Of a DNA stretch of 64,000 nt, positions 18,693 to 27,316 are shown in pieces. The translations under genes and the position numbers were made by a program. Under the pieces are notes generated by a model. The model was given only the letters and a program-made list of their open reading frames with translations. It was not told the origin of the DNA and did no database searches. The DNA comes from a virus. Location of the stretch: positions 9,726-73,725 of the IMG/VR virus record IMGVR_UViG_3300019360_000147; one strand, given 5' to 3'. The first letter of the stretch is position 1. Every line of letters starts with the position of its first letter.

Positions 18693-19088
18693 ATGCAACC
18701 AATTGCGATAACCCGGGGGAAGGACATCCTCGCGCATCACACCACGGATTCTCCGCACTCGCATTATGGCCAGACGGTCTGGCAGGTCGAGGACTCCGAC
18801 CCGGCCCGGGGCCCGGCCATGTGGACCCAGGGCGAGCACGTGCAGCCCCTGACGATCCTCGGTGTGGTTGGCGGCTGGCTCATCGCCCGCCAACGCGACG
18901 GTCTCCTGTGTGGTATCCTGTGGAGCGATGGATCGTACTATGCCAACGTGATCGAGGCGCGCCGCACCCAGCGCCCCACCAAGCGGGCGACGCTGGCCAC
19001 CCTGCGCTCTGCGCGCTACCAGGTGCGCGGGACCGTTGCCGCGGCCGCCTTTGACGCGGACAGCCCCTTGGGCTGTCTCCTCGCATGA
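18693..19088 (+). CDS. hypothetical protein
   Basis: RBS AGGAGG; ATGA coupling to the next gene. Confidence 0.65.
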   Translation: MQPIAITRGKDILAHHTTDSPHSHYGQTVWQVEDSDPARGPAMWTQGEHVQPLTILGVVGGWLIARQRDGLLCGILWSDGSYYANVIEARRTQRPTKRATLATLRSARYQVRGTVAAAAFDADSPLGCLLA

Positions 19089-19408
19089 CGCCCCGCCTTG
19101 TCCGCACAGACTTCGCCGTGAGCGGGCGCTGTGCTCGCTACTGGCTCCGCAGCGCCGCCGGCTCCGAGGCCGCCATAGCCGTGGCGGAGGATGGCACCGT
19201 GGCCGGGCTGGATTTAGCGGCCGCCATACGAGACACAGGCTATGGCCCTTGGACCGTGATTCGCCGCGACGGTCAGGCCGTCCGGTATCTCGGTGTTATT
19301 GACCGCAGCGTCATCAGCCAGTCGGGGGCACGGCTCTGCGACCTGGACCGACCGCACGGGATGCGGTTTCAACTGCTGGGCCAGGTCGTGCCAACCAGGG
19401 AGGCGTGA
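19085..19408 (+). CDS. hypothetical protein
   Basis: Coupled ORF in the operon. Confidence 0.55.
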   Translation: MTPRLVRTDFAVSGRCARYWLRSAAGSEAAIAVAEDGTVAGLDLAAAIRDTGYGPWTVIRRDGQAVRYLGVIDRSVISQSGARLCDLDRPHGMRFQLLGQVVPTREA

Positions 19409-19409
19409 C

Positions 19410-20447
19410 GTGAGGGGCGTCTTTCAGAAGGCCGGGAAGGGCGGGACCTGGTGGATTCGCTGGACCTGCCCCAAGGGACATCGGCACGAGGAAAAGGTCG
19501 GGCCGAAGGCTGCCGCAGTTCGCCTGGTCGAACGGCGCCGAGTGGCCGCGAAGCTCGACGCGTTCTGTCTGACCGAGCACCGGACTCGTGACGTTCCCCC
19601 CCTCTTCGGCGCGGCGACCAGGGACTACCTCGCCTGGGCAGCCCGGGACCGCCCCCGCTCCGTCCGATTCCGCCAGTCTGTCCTGGCCGCTGTCCTGCCA
19701 GTATTGGGCCCGCGCTCCGTCCCGGACATCACCGCACCCATGATCGAGCACTATCTGGCCGCCCGGCAGCACGCAGGGGCCACAGGCGCCACGACCAACC
19801 GGGATCGGGCGGTCCTCTCCCACCTCTTCGGCCAGCTCGTAGCCAAGGGCATCCTCCGAACGAACCCCGTCGCCCGCGTCCCGCGCCGACGAGAAGCACC
19901 CGAGGAACCCCGGCCCCTGACTCATGACGCAGAGGCCAGGCTGCTCATGGCCCTGGACCCCCTCGAGACGTCCATCGCCCAACTGGCCCTCAACACCGGA
20001 CTCAGGCTGGGAGAGATCACGGCCCAGGCCTGGCGGGACGTGGACTGGGAGGCCAGGGCACTGACCGTCACGGCCCCCAAAAGCGGCCAGCGGGAGGTGA
20101 TTCACCTCAATCGCGTGTCCTGGGACCTCCTCGCCCGTCTCCCAAAGGACGGTTCGACGCTGTTTCCAACACTGCGGGCCGACTTCTCCCGGGTGTTTGC
20201 CCGAAAGGCCCGGTCAGTCAACCTTGACGTGACGTTCCACTGCCTGCGGGATACGTTCATCTCCAGACTGGCCCCGCATGTCTCGGGGCCAGTGCTGATG
20301 CAACTGGCGAGGCACCGGGATTTCCGGACGACGAGACGGTATTTGAAGGTGGATGGTCAGCACTTACGGGAGGCCATCGAAAAACTTGTGGAGGCAGACT
20401 ATGATGGATCAAACGCTGGCCGACTTGTGCCGACCCGACTGGACTGA
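19410..20447 (+). CDS. int: tyrosine recombinase / phage integrase
   Basis: TGLRLGE (R), PKSG (K), FHCLR (HxxR), LARH...TRRY (H, Y). Confidence 0.9.
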   Translation: MRGVFQKAGKGGTWWIRWTCPKGHRHEEKVGPKAAAVRLVERRRVAAKLDAFCLTEHRTRDVPPLFGAATRDYLAWAARDRPRSVRFRQSVLAAVLPVLGPRSVPDITAPMIEHYLAARQHAGATGATTNRDRAVLSHLFGQLVAKGILRTNPVARVPRRREAPEEPRPLTHDAEARLLMALDPLETSIAQLALNTGLRLGEITAQAWRDVDWEARALTVTAPKSGQREVIHLNRVSWDLLARLPKDGSTLFPTLRADFSRVFARKARSVNLDVTFHCLRDTFISRLAPHVSGPVLMQLARHRDFRTTRRYLKVDGQHLREAIEKLVEADYDGSNAGRLVPTRLD

Positions 20448-20727
20448 GACGGAGGAATCTTCGGGGCGAGAAGGAGGACGATGATGAGCATGCAGCCAGC
20501 GCAGGTTGCAGAATCTCCATCCGCATTCGGATCCACTTCCCATCCTCCCGAGCACCAGATCCGCCTGCCCCCGTGGGCCAGAGATCAGGCGAACGCCGCC
20601 TTCCGGTCTCAGGATGGTGCGGTGCACGAGCAGGCTGGTGAGATCCCGGAAGGCATCGGCGGCGGCCGAACCGCCAGCCTTGTAGGCCTCCGTGAGCCTA
20701 CGGGCTTCCGCAAGGAGGGCGTCGCGT

Positions 20728-20934
20728 TCAGGCAGGGACAAAGAGCGGATCGCTCTCGGCGAGCAGGCTGGCGAGCGCGAGGAGATCCGCGACCGCACCG
20801 GGGTCTTCCAGGCGCCCCGAGCGGTAGGCCTGGACCAGGTCGCGGGCGGAGATATGCAGTCGGCGCTGTGCGCCCCGCTCAAGGCGCCGCGCAATGTCAT
20901 CCCGGGTCAACTGGAGGATGCCGTTCTCTTCCAT
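20728..20934 (-). CDS. small helical hypothetical protein (antitoxin-like)
   Basis: MEENGILQLTRDDIARRLERGAQRRL...; the only plausible non-IS minus-strand gene. Confidence 0.45.
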   Translation of the reverse strand: MEENGILQLTRDDIARRLERGAQRRLHISARDLVQAYRSGRLEDPGAVADLLALASLLAESDPLFVPA

Positions 20935-21125
20935 GGCTGGAACCCACTTCGGGGAGGGGACGCACCCCTCACGCCATACCACCCCCCCATTCGGAAATTG
21001 GGGGATTTCTAGGGGGAACGATAGAACCCCAGGCTTCACGGTGTCAAGGGATTTCTCTCAATAGAACCCTCTCCCCGGCCTAGCGCGACGGCGCGAAAAG
21101 CGGTTCCCACACCGCTTGGGACTCC

Positions 21126-21266
21126 CACTGCCTGAAATTCCTGCACGAAACGTCACCAATCTGCGCCTCACCGGTCTCCAGTGTCCGAAATTGCATCACA
21201 GTGTCTGAAATGACATGACCGATTCCAACACACCCGCTTGACATCTGCCTACGGATTGAGCAAGGT
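21126..21266 (+). promoter_or_regulatory. three 13-nt direct repeats followed by a sigma70-like promoter
   Basis: CACTGCCTGAAAT 21126, CAGTGTCCGAAAT 21179, CAGTGTCTGAAAT 21199; TTGACA 21238 - 17 nt - CAAGGT 21261. Confidence 0.5.
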
Positions 21267-21332
21267 GCGCCCGTGTGGAGTCCTGTCTGTCCTGACCCGC
21301 AACGGGTGGGGGATGTGACGTAGGAGAGCCCT

Positions 21333-21650
21333 ATGCCGTATGAAATCCTGATCGGGCACCCGCTGATCCTGGTCGCGAAGGGGAGCCTCACCGTGGGGAA
21401 CGCCGCCATCGGCATTCCTGCCAGCGACCTCGACAAAGCCATGGGCGGGGATATGGAAGTGCTGCTCGGGGTGGAGACGGATCAGGTCCGGCTGAGTCCG
21501 GATGGGGTGGCGGCCACGACGACCGACATGTTGTTCGATGTCGGGGATAAGCTCCGTCTGGCCGGGCCAACGCTCTGTCGACAGATGACCATGATTCGGG
21601 TCACCGGGAACGCCACCGTCCGCTACTGGGTGTTTGGGAAGGCGATCTGA
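21333..21650 (+). CDS. hypothetical protein, first gene of the late region
   Basis: RBS AGGAG; clean ORF. Confidence 0.65.
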   Translation: MPYEILIGHPLILVAKGSLTVGNAAIGIPASDLDKAMGGDMEVLLGVETDQVRLSPDGVAATTTDMLFDVGDKLRLAGPTLCRQMTMIRVTGNATVRYWVFGKAI

Positions 21651-21793
21651 TGCAGAGTGACTTACGTCGCCGGTCCTGGATCGGGAGACTGCTCGACATC
21701 CCACGACTGTTCTGGACTCATCGGAAGCTGGGTCTGCCGGTGGGTCCGGCAATTCGGCTTGCCCTGCAAATCCTTCGATAGGGAGGGTTCCAC

Positions 21794-22396
21794 GTGAAAC
21801 CGGTGCGGGCGTGGCACGTCGTGGGACTGCTGGCGGTCGCGTTCCTGGCGGGCCTGGGGGCGCGGGAGGTGGCCTCGCAGGTGTCGGTGGCGGCCTCCAG
21901 GCTGATCCTAGCCTACGTGCGGATCACGGGCGGCTCGGCCCTGTTGGCGCAGGAGGGGCTGTTCCTGCCGGCGGCCGGGCGGCTCGGGTTCGCCGTTGGG
22001 GGCACGAGCCAGTGGGAGATCGACCAGAGCGGCGACCTCGTGACCACGGCCGATAACACCGAGAATATCGGGAACATCGCGGGGCTGCGTCCGGCGAACG
22101 CGTACTTCGGGACCGCGGTGGCGGTCGGGAATGACCCGGCCAGCGCAGGAAGTTTCCGAATTGCCAGCGGGGGCAGTCTCCAGGCCCGGAACGGGACTGG
22201 CTCCGGCAACATCGTTTTGCTCCAGACGGACCTCGCCGACACCCTCATCATTGGCAGCGGCTCGCAGCTCACCATCAGCGTGGCCAGCGCCAGTCCGCCC
22301 GTCGAGACCGGCATACGACTCCTCTGCGTCAGCGCGACCACGGGAAAAATTTTCTTTGGCCGCACCTTCAGCGCCGTGGGCGGGTGCGGGTCATGA
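21794..22396 (+). CDS. signal-peptide-bearing Gly/beta-rich fibre-like protein
   Basis: MKPVRAWHVVGLLAVAFLAGLGA N-terminus; mature part resembles a tail fibre. Confidence 0.6.
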   Translation: MKPVRAWHVVGLLAVAFLAGLGAREVASQVSVAASRLILAYVRITGGSALLAQEGLFLPAAGRLGFAVGGTSQWEIDQSGDLVTTADNTENIGNIAGLRPANAYFGTAVAVGNDPASAGSFRIASGGSLQARNGTGSGNIVLLQTDLADTLIIGSGSQLTISVASASPPVETGIRLLCVSATTGKIFFGRTFSAVGGCGS

Positions 22397-22565
22397 GGGG
22401 CCATCCGAAGACGGTCGGCCGCACGGAGGTCCCGCTCTTCCGCCGCGCGGACATGCAGGACGTCTCTACCCGCGGGCGCCCACGCGGTGACGCCCGGTTC
22501 ACCCGCATCGGGACCGCCAAGCGGCTGGCTCGGGCCTGGCCGGAATGGGAGGCAGGAGGGACCCC

Positions 22566-23138
22566 ATGACCGATCTCCCGAAGGACGCCCTGGCCCCCGC
22601 CGATGCCCCCTGGCCGAGCAATCCCGCGTTCACGCGGAAGGAGGCCGGGGCGGCACGGGCGGCGGGGGGGGGCCCCATGACTGCCGAGATGGCGGAATTG
22701 GCGGCGGCCGCGACGAAACTGGGTGTGCCTCCCGAGGAGGCCTTCCGGCGTCTCGGCTACTCGGCGCGCGGGGCCAAGCAGGCGGTGCGCCACGAGCTCT
22801 TCAAAATGGCCTTTCTCCGTCTCTGCGAAGAGCACGGCTACACCAGCGGCGCGGTGGCGAAGCAGATGGTCGCGGGGCTTGGGGCCGACTACGTCGAGGT
22901 GGCGAAGCACGAGGGCAGCATCACCGACGAGAAGGCCTTCGCGGACCATCGAACGCGGCTCCAGTACGTGGACCGCTTCTTGGACCTGGAAGGCTTACGG
23001 ACTCCGCAGGGGCGCCGGGAGCGTCCGGAGGAGTCCGATGCCCGGCCCATCCTGAACGTGCAAGCGGGCGGGAACATTCAGTTGGTGTATTTTGGAGAGG
23101 CGATTGAACCCAGTACAGACAGCGATCCCCCGCGATAG
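22566..23138 (+). CDS. probable terminase small subunit
   Basis: Immediately upstream of TerL; helical N-terminus (AFRRLGYS); C-terminal beta tail (ILNVQAGGNIQLVY). Confidence 0.55.
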   Translation: MTDLPKDALAPADAPWPSNPAFTRKEAGAARAAGGGPMTAEMAELAAAATKLGVPPEEAFRRLGYSARGAKQAVRHELFKMAFLRLCEEHGYTSGAVAKQMVAGLGADYVEVAKHEGSITDEKAFADHRTRLQYVDRFLDLEGLRTPQGRRERPEESDARPILNVQAGGNIQLVYFGEAIEPSTDSDPPR

Positions 23139-23192
23139 GCTCCCGCAATTCGCCGAGACCTGCTGGAGCCACGGAGCTCGCGGACTCGGCTG

Positions 23193-24857
23193 GTGGCCGT
23201 GGATGGCCGAAGGATGCTCCTGACGCAGGCCGCTTCGAGTAAGTGGGCGACCAACCGGCCCGGTCCGACCGCCCAGCGCATTCTCCAGTGCCGGAAGCGG
23301 GTCATTGGCGTCGAGGGACCCGTCGGCACGGGCAAGTCCAGCATCTTCAGCCAGTATATCGCCGCCCATACGGCCGAGGCCCCGGGGGCGATCTGGATCG
23401 TCATCCGCCGCACCTACCGCATGCTCCGCGATAACACCGTGCCCACGTGGATGCAGTGGTTCCCCGACGGCTCGGCCGGCCGCTGGAGCGAGGCCACCGA
23501 GACCTTCTTCCTCGATTGCCGGTTCATGGGGAGATCCCTGAAAGGCGAGGTGCGGTTTCGGAGTGCCGAGCGTCCGGAGGACATTGATAAGTTCATGGGT
23601 GGGGAGTACGCGGGAGCAGTCCTTGAAGAGGTGACGGGGACCTACCAAGAGTCCGGCGGGCTCAAGGAGGACGTGTTCACCGGACTGGGCATGCGCCTGC
23701 GGCAGTCGGGAATCCCGTGGGCGTGCGAGGTCTGTCGGCGGCTGCTGCCGACCGGACTGATCCCGACGGATCCCGACATGGAGTACACCGACTGCCCTGC
23801 GTGCGGGGCCAGCCGCCGCGTCCGGACACGCTATCACCTCGTCCTCGTCTTCAACCCGCCGACCCCCGGCCACTGGGTGGACAAAGAGTTCCCGCTGCCA
23901 GAGCGGGAGACGGAGAGTTCCGCCCACTTCCGCATCGGGCGCCGGGAGAACGCCCACAACCTGCCTCCTGGCTACTACCAGGCCATCGCGACGCAGTTCA
24001 AGCTCAAGGGAGATTGGGCGGCCCGGTACCTGGACGGGGAGCGGGTGCCGATCGGGCGGGCCACGTCCATCTTCGACACCGAAGCGATCTACAAAGCGCT
24101 GGAGGAGTGGGTGCGGGAGCCGCTCTACTGCTGCACGCTGAAGCGGGACGAGCGCGGGAAGATTGTCCCAGACAAGACCGCGAATGGGCCGATCCGCGTC
24201 TGGGAGCCGCCCAAGCCGCCCGACGAAGAGCAGTATGTGATGGGGTCCGACTCCGCGGAGGGGTTGGACGAGGGGGATCCCTCCTGCGCCTACGTCCAGT
24301 CCCGGCTGACCGGCAATATCGTGGCCGAGATCCACGGGCATTTTGTCCCGCGGCGGTTCGCGAAGGAACAGGCCATGGTCGGATGGTGGTACAACGACGC
24401 CCTGATCTGCCCGGAGGTCGAGCCGTCGGCAGCGGGGCGATCAGCGTGCGACGCGCTGGAAAACCTCGGCTACGTGAACCTGTACCTCCAGCGGAAGGAG
24501 CAGCAGATCGGGGATCCGGTCGTGAAGCGGTACGGGTTGCCGATGACCCGGACGAACAAGAGCCGGACCGTGGGCAAAGCGCGCGAGGTCGTCGAGGAGC
24601 GGCAACTGAAGTCGCCTGTGCGGGAGTTCTGGCTGGAGTTGCTGAACTTCGTCAAGCATCCCGATGGCCGGATGGCCGCTGACATCGGGCTCAAAGACGA
24701 TCGCGTCATGGCGTATCTGTGTACCTTGGAGGCGTATGACCGCGCGGGCCCGTGGAAGCCGAAGCCGAAAATCGGGCCCGCCCCGGATTGGATGGGGAAA
24801 CTGCTCGGGTCCTATGCCGGTGGAGCTGCGGGGGACCGGGCGTGGATGGGAAATTGA
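23193..24857 (+). CDS. terL: terminase large subunit
   Basis: Walker A GPVGTGKS, Walker B VLEE, FNPP coupling motif, nuclease GSDSAEG..D..DDRVMA. Confidence 0.9.
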   Translation: MAVDGRRMLLTQAASSKWATNRPGPTAQRILQCRKRVIGVEGPVGTGKSSIFSQYIAAHTAEAPGAIWIVIRRTYRMLRDNTVPTWMQWFPDGSAGRWSEATETFFLDCRFMGRSLKGEVRFRSAERPEDIDKFMGGEYAGAVLEEVTGTYQESGGLKEDVFTGLGMRLRQSGIPWACEVCRRLLPTGLIPTDPDMEYTDCPACGASRRVRTRYHLVLVFNPPTPGHWVDKEFPLPERETESSAHFRIGRRENAHNLPPGYYQAIATQFKLKGDWAARYLDGERVPIGRATSIFDTEAIYKALEEWVREPLYCCTLKRDERGKIVPDKTANGPIRVWEPPKPPDEEQYVMGSDSAEGLDEGDPSCAYVQSRLTGNIVAEIHGHFVPRRFAKEQAMVGWWYNDALICPEVEPSAAGRSACDALENLGYVNLYLQRKEQQIGDPVVKRYGLPMTRTNKSRTVGKAREVVEERQLKSPVREFWLELLNFVKHPDGRMAADIGLKDDRVMAYLCTLEAYDRAGPWKPKPKIGPAPDWMGKLLGSYAGGAAGDRAWMGN

Positions 24858-25765
24858 CGCGCAGGGCGCCGCGCACGGAGCGCCAGGCGCACAGGGTGCA
24901 GCCCGCAGAGGGAAGAGTGCCGATTGCAGCGGGGCGGCTCTCCCAGCTCGCGGACCGGCCCGCCGTGTTTTGCAACGTCTGCGCATCGCCGTGGCCGTCC
25001 ATCCGATCCACGGCGCGGCATCAGGTCCAGAAGCATGGCTGGCGGAAGGCCGCTCTGGCGGGCGCCGCGATCCTCCTTCCTCTCATGGTCGGCCCTCTCT
25101 CCGAGGCGGCCGCCCCCACGGTCTCGCCAGCGAGCGTGACCTTCGCCCGCACGGTCGGCGGGCCCAACCCGCCCGCCCAGACGGTGCAGGTCACGGTCGC
25201 CCCGGCCCAGGCGTGGAAGATTTGCGACGGCATGCCGTGGGCGGACACCAGCATGCCCGGCGGCAGCGGGGCGAGCTGCCCGGCGGGCCAAGGCGGCTGG
25301 CAGCGGACCGGAGCCGGCTCGATCACGGTCACGCCGAACGCGACGATGGCGGGCCTCGCCGCCGGCACGTACCAGGAGACGATCACCCTGACCGCGGGCC
25401 CGGACGTGGTCCCGATCACGGTGACGGTCACCGTCAGCGCGGGGGCCAGACCGTCCGGTGGCGCGACGGGGCTGGGGATCTCGTTCCTCGCCGATCCCGT
25501 GGCCGGGCAGCCGGTCACGGTCCTGTGGAATGCGGCCACGGCCTACACCGACGGCAGTCCGCTGGCCAATCCAACCTACCTCGTGGAGCGGAGCGAGCCG
25601 CCCGGAGCCTATCAGGAGCGCGTCCGGGACATCGCGGCCCTGACCTGGACCGACGGGGCGGTCATCACCGGCCGCCAGTATTGTTACCGGGCATTCACCC
25701 GGGATCCCGCGGGGCTCCAGTCGGCCCCGAGCAACGAGGCCTGTACAACTGCGGAGGTGCCATGA
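24854..25765 (+). CDS. C2H2 zinc finger - signal/TM - BACON-like Ig - FN3 protein
   Basis: CNVC-x12-H-x4-H; hydrophobic AALAGAAILLPLMVG; VSPASVTF...LAAGTY..TIT; W..Y.VER..YCYRA..S..SNE. Confidence 0.7.
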   Translation: MTRRAPRTERQAHRVQPAEGRVPIAAGRLSQLADRPAVFCNVCASPWPSIRSTARHQVQKHGWRKAALAGAAILLPLMVGPLSEAAAPTVSPASVTFARTVGGPNPPAQTVQVTVAPAQAWKICDGMPWADTSMPGGSGASCPAGQGGWQRTGAGSITVTPNATMAGLAAGTYQETITLTAGPDVVPITVTVTVSAGARPSGGATGLGISFLADPVAGQPVTVLWNAATAYTDGSPLANPTYLVERSEPPGAYQERVRDIAALTWTDGAVITGRQYCYRAFTRDPAGLQSAPSNEACTTAEVP

Positions 25766-26118
25766 GACGAGCAAGGATCATCCTCGGCGTTCTGCTGGCT
25801 GCCAGCTTCCTGCTGCCCGCTGCCAGCTTCGCCCTCCAGGCGACCCTGAGCTGGACCGACGGGGCGACGGGGGAAGACGGCTACCGGGTCGAGCGGCGGG
25901 ACGGGCCGGACACTGCGCCCTGGGTGAGCCAGGGCACCGTGGCGTCGGGCGTCACGGCGTTCAATCAGGCGGGCCTGGCCCTCGGGACGCGCTATTGCTA
26001 CCGGGTCGTTGCCTTTAATGCCTTCGGCGACACGACGACTGCCCCCCCCGAAGGGTGCGGGACGCCGGATCGGCCCCAGGGCGGCGCCACGAATCTGACG
26101 ATTATCCTGGCGCCATAG
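25762..26118 (+). CDS. secreted fibronectin type III domain protein
   Basis: Sec signal MRRARIILGVLLAASFLLPAASFA; LSWTD..E.GYRVER..YCYRVVAFN. Confidence 0.8.
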   Translation: MRRARIILGVLLAASFLLPAASFALQATLSWTDGATGEDGYRVERRDGPDTAPWVSQGTVASGVTAFNQAGLALGTRYCYRVVAFNAFGDTTTAPPEGCGTPDRPQGGATNLTIILAP

Positions 26119-26220
26119 AGGTTCCATGCCCACGCGCACGACACTCGCTACTCCAGCGATCAGGCAACTCGTCGTTGAAGGCGGCATCCCGGCATTGCCG
26201 ACGAATCTGAGGATTGTGCC

Positions 26221-26586
26221 ATGGCTACCCTGATAGGCCGGACACGCGTTGCTCCGGATGTCCCGCTCGAAACCGCACCAGTCCTGATCGAAGGTCTGCG
26301 GGAGTTTCGGGTGCGCCTGAATCCGAATGTGATTGATTTTGACGACCCCGATCTGCGAATCACGGTGAGTATATGGCTCAGTACTGATGCGGGTGTGACC
26401 TGGGGGTACGAGACTCTTGCCACGATTGTAGGCGGGGCGCGAGGCAAGGACGGTAATTTCCCGTTCGTAGGCGTTGGTTTTATCAGTCCTGCCGGAGAAA
26501 TCCCATTTCCCGCAGGCACGTTAGCCAGGGTGCGATATCAACATAATCTCTCCAAGCGCATCGGACTAGATTCGGAGACGCGGTAG
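26221..26586 (+). CDS. hypothetical beta-rich protein
   Basis: RBS GAGGA; abuts the next gene. Confidence 0.55.
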   Translation: MATLIGRTRVAPDVPLETAPVLIEGLREFRVRLNPNVIDFDDPDLRITVSIWLSTDAGVTWGYETLATIVGGARGKDGNFPFVGVGFISPAGEIPFPAGTLARVRYQHNLSKRIGLDSETR

Positions 26587-27282
26587 ATGGCCCTCGCGTA
26601 TGACCAGCAAACTGTGCAGGCCCGTTCAGCGGGCGTGGACAGTCTCCAACAAACCACTGGCCAGGCGGTGGACGCGGGCGACTTGGTGGTGGTATGCGTC
26701 TCAACCTGGTTTGCAAACGGAACGCCTGGTACGTGGGTCGTCACCGACGACGCTTCGCAGACATATACTGAGGCCATTGATACTAGCAATCAGGCCCAGC
26801 AAGGCCAAGTAGCTATCTTCTATAAGGAGAATCACCCCGGCGGCACCATCAAGGTTACAGTTAATCCAGATGGTAGCAGCGCAGACATTGACTTCACAGT
26901 CAGCGAAGTGAGCGGGGCTGCCACATCGGGGGCGCTGGATAAAACGGCAGCGAATTCGAGTGCTGGCACTTCGGTTGCGACCGGGGTACTTTCGCAGGCT
27001 AACGAAATTATCTTCGGTATATATACTCACCAGGGTGCGACAAGTACCCTCAGTCCTGACACGGCCGGTGGCTACACAGAGATTGGCGAGAACGAAAATA
27101 ACGCCGGAGGTCAGTGTTATAACGCCCAGTATAAAATCGTGGCCAGCACGGCGTCTGACACGGCAGACTGGACGGGTCCGAGTGGCGAGTGCTGTGTTGC
27201 CACATTCAAAGAAGCGGCGGCGGGGGCGGCGGCGAAGGCGCATCCGGCATTGCTGGCCGGGCCGGCGGCGTGGTGCCCGTGA
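26587..27282 (+). CDS. putative virion beta-sandwich (fibre/decoration) protein
   Basis: A/G/S/T-rich; AGDLVVVCV...EVSG.AT pattern common in phage fibre heads. Confidence 0.6.
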   Translation: MALAYDQQTVQARSAGVDSLQQTTGQAVDAGDLVVVCVSTWFANGTPGTWVVTDDASQTYTEAIDTSNQAQQGQVAIFYKENHPGGTIKVTVNPDGSSADIDFTVSEVSGAATSGALDKTAANSSAGTSVATGVLSQANEIIFGIYTHQGATSTLSPDTAGGYTEIGENENNAGGQCYNAQYKIVASTASDTADWTGPSGECCVATFKEAAAGAAAKAHPALLAGPAAWCP

Positions 27283-27316
27283 TCTGACGGAGCCTAGCGA
27301 CGAACGAGGACCATGA

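Noticed and set aside
22664-22672. G9 tract in the putative terS as a phase-variation switch
   Set aside because: In frame (Gly codons), short, and in a probably essential gene; no evidence of slippage without reads.
23251-23280. Possible self-target of spacer 1 in terL (CCAACCGG...GCCCAG)
   Set aside because: Only 8 contiguous matches, then gaps; expected by chance in GC-rich DNA. No convincing protospacer for any spacer was seen in the window by eye.
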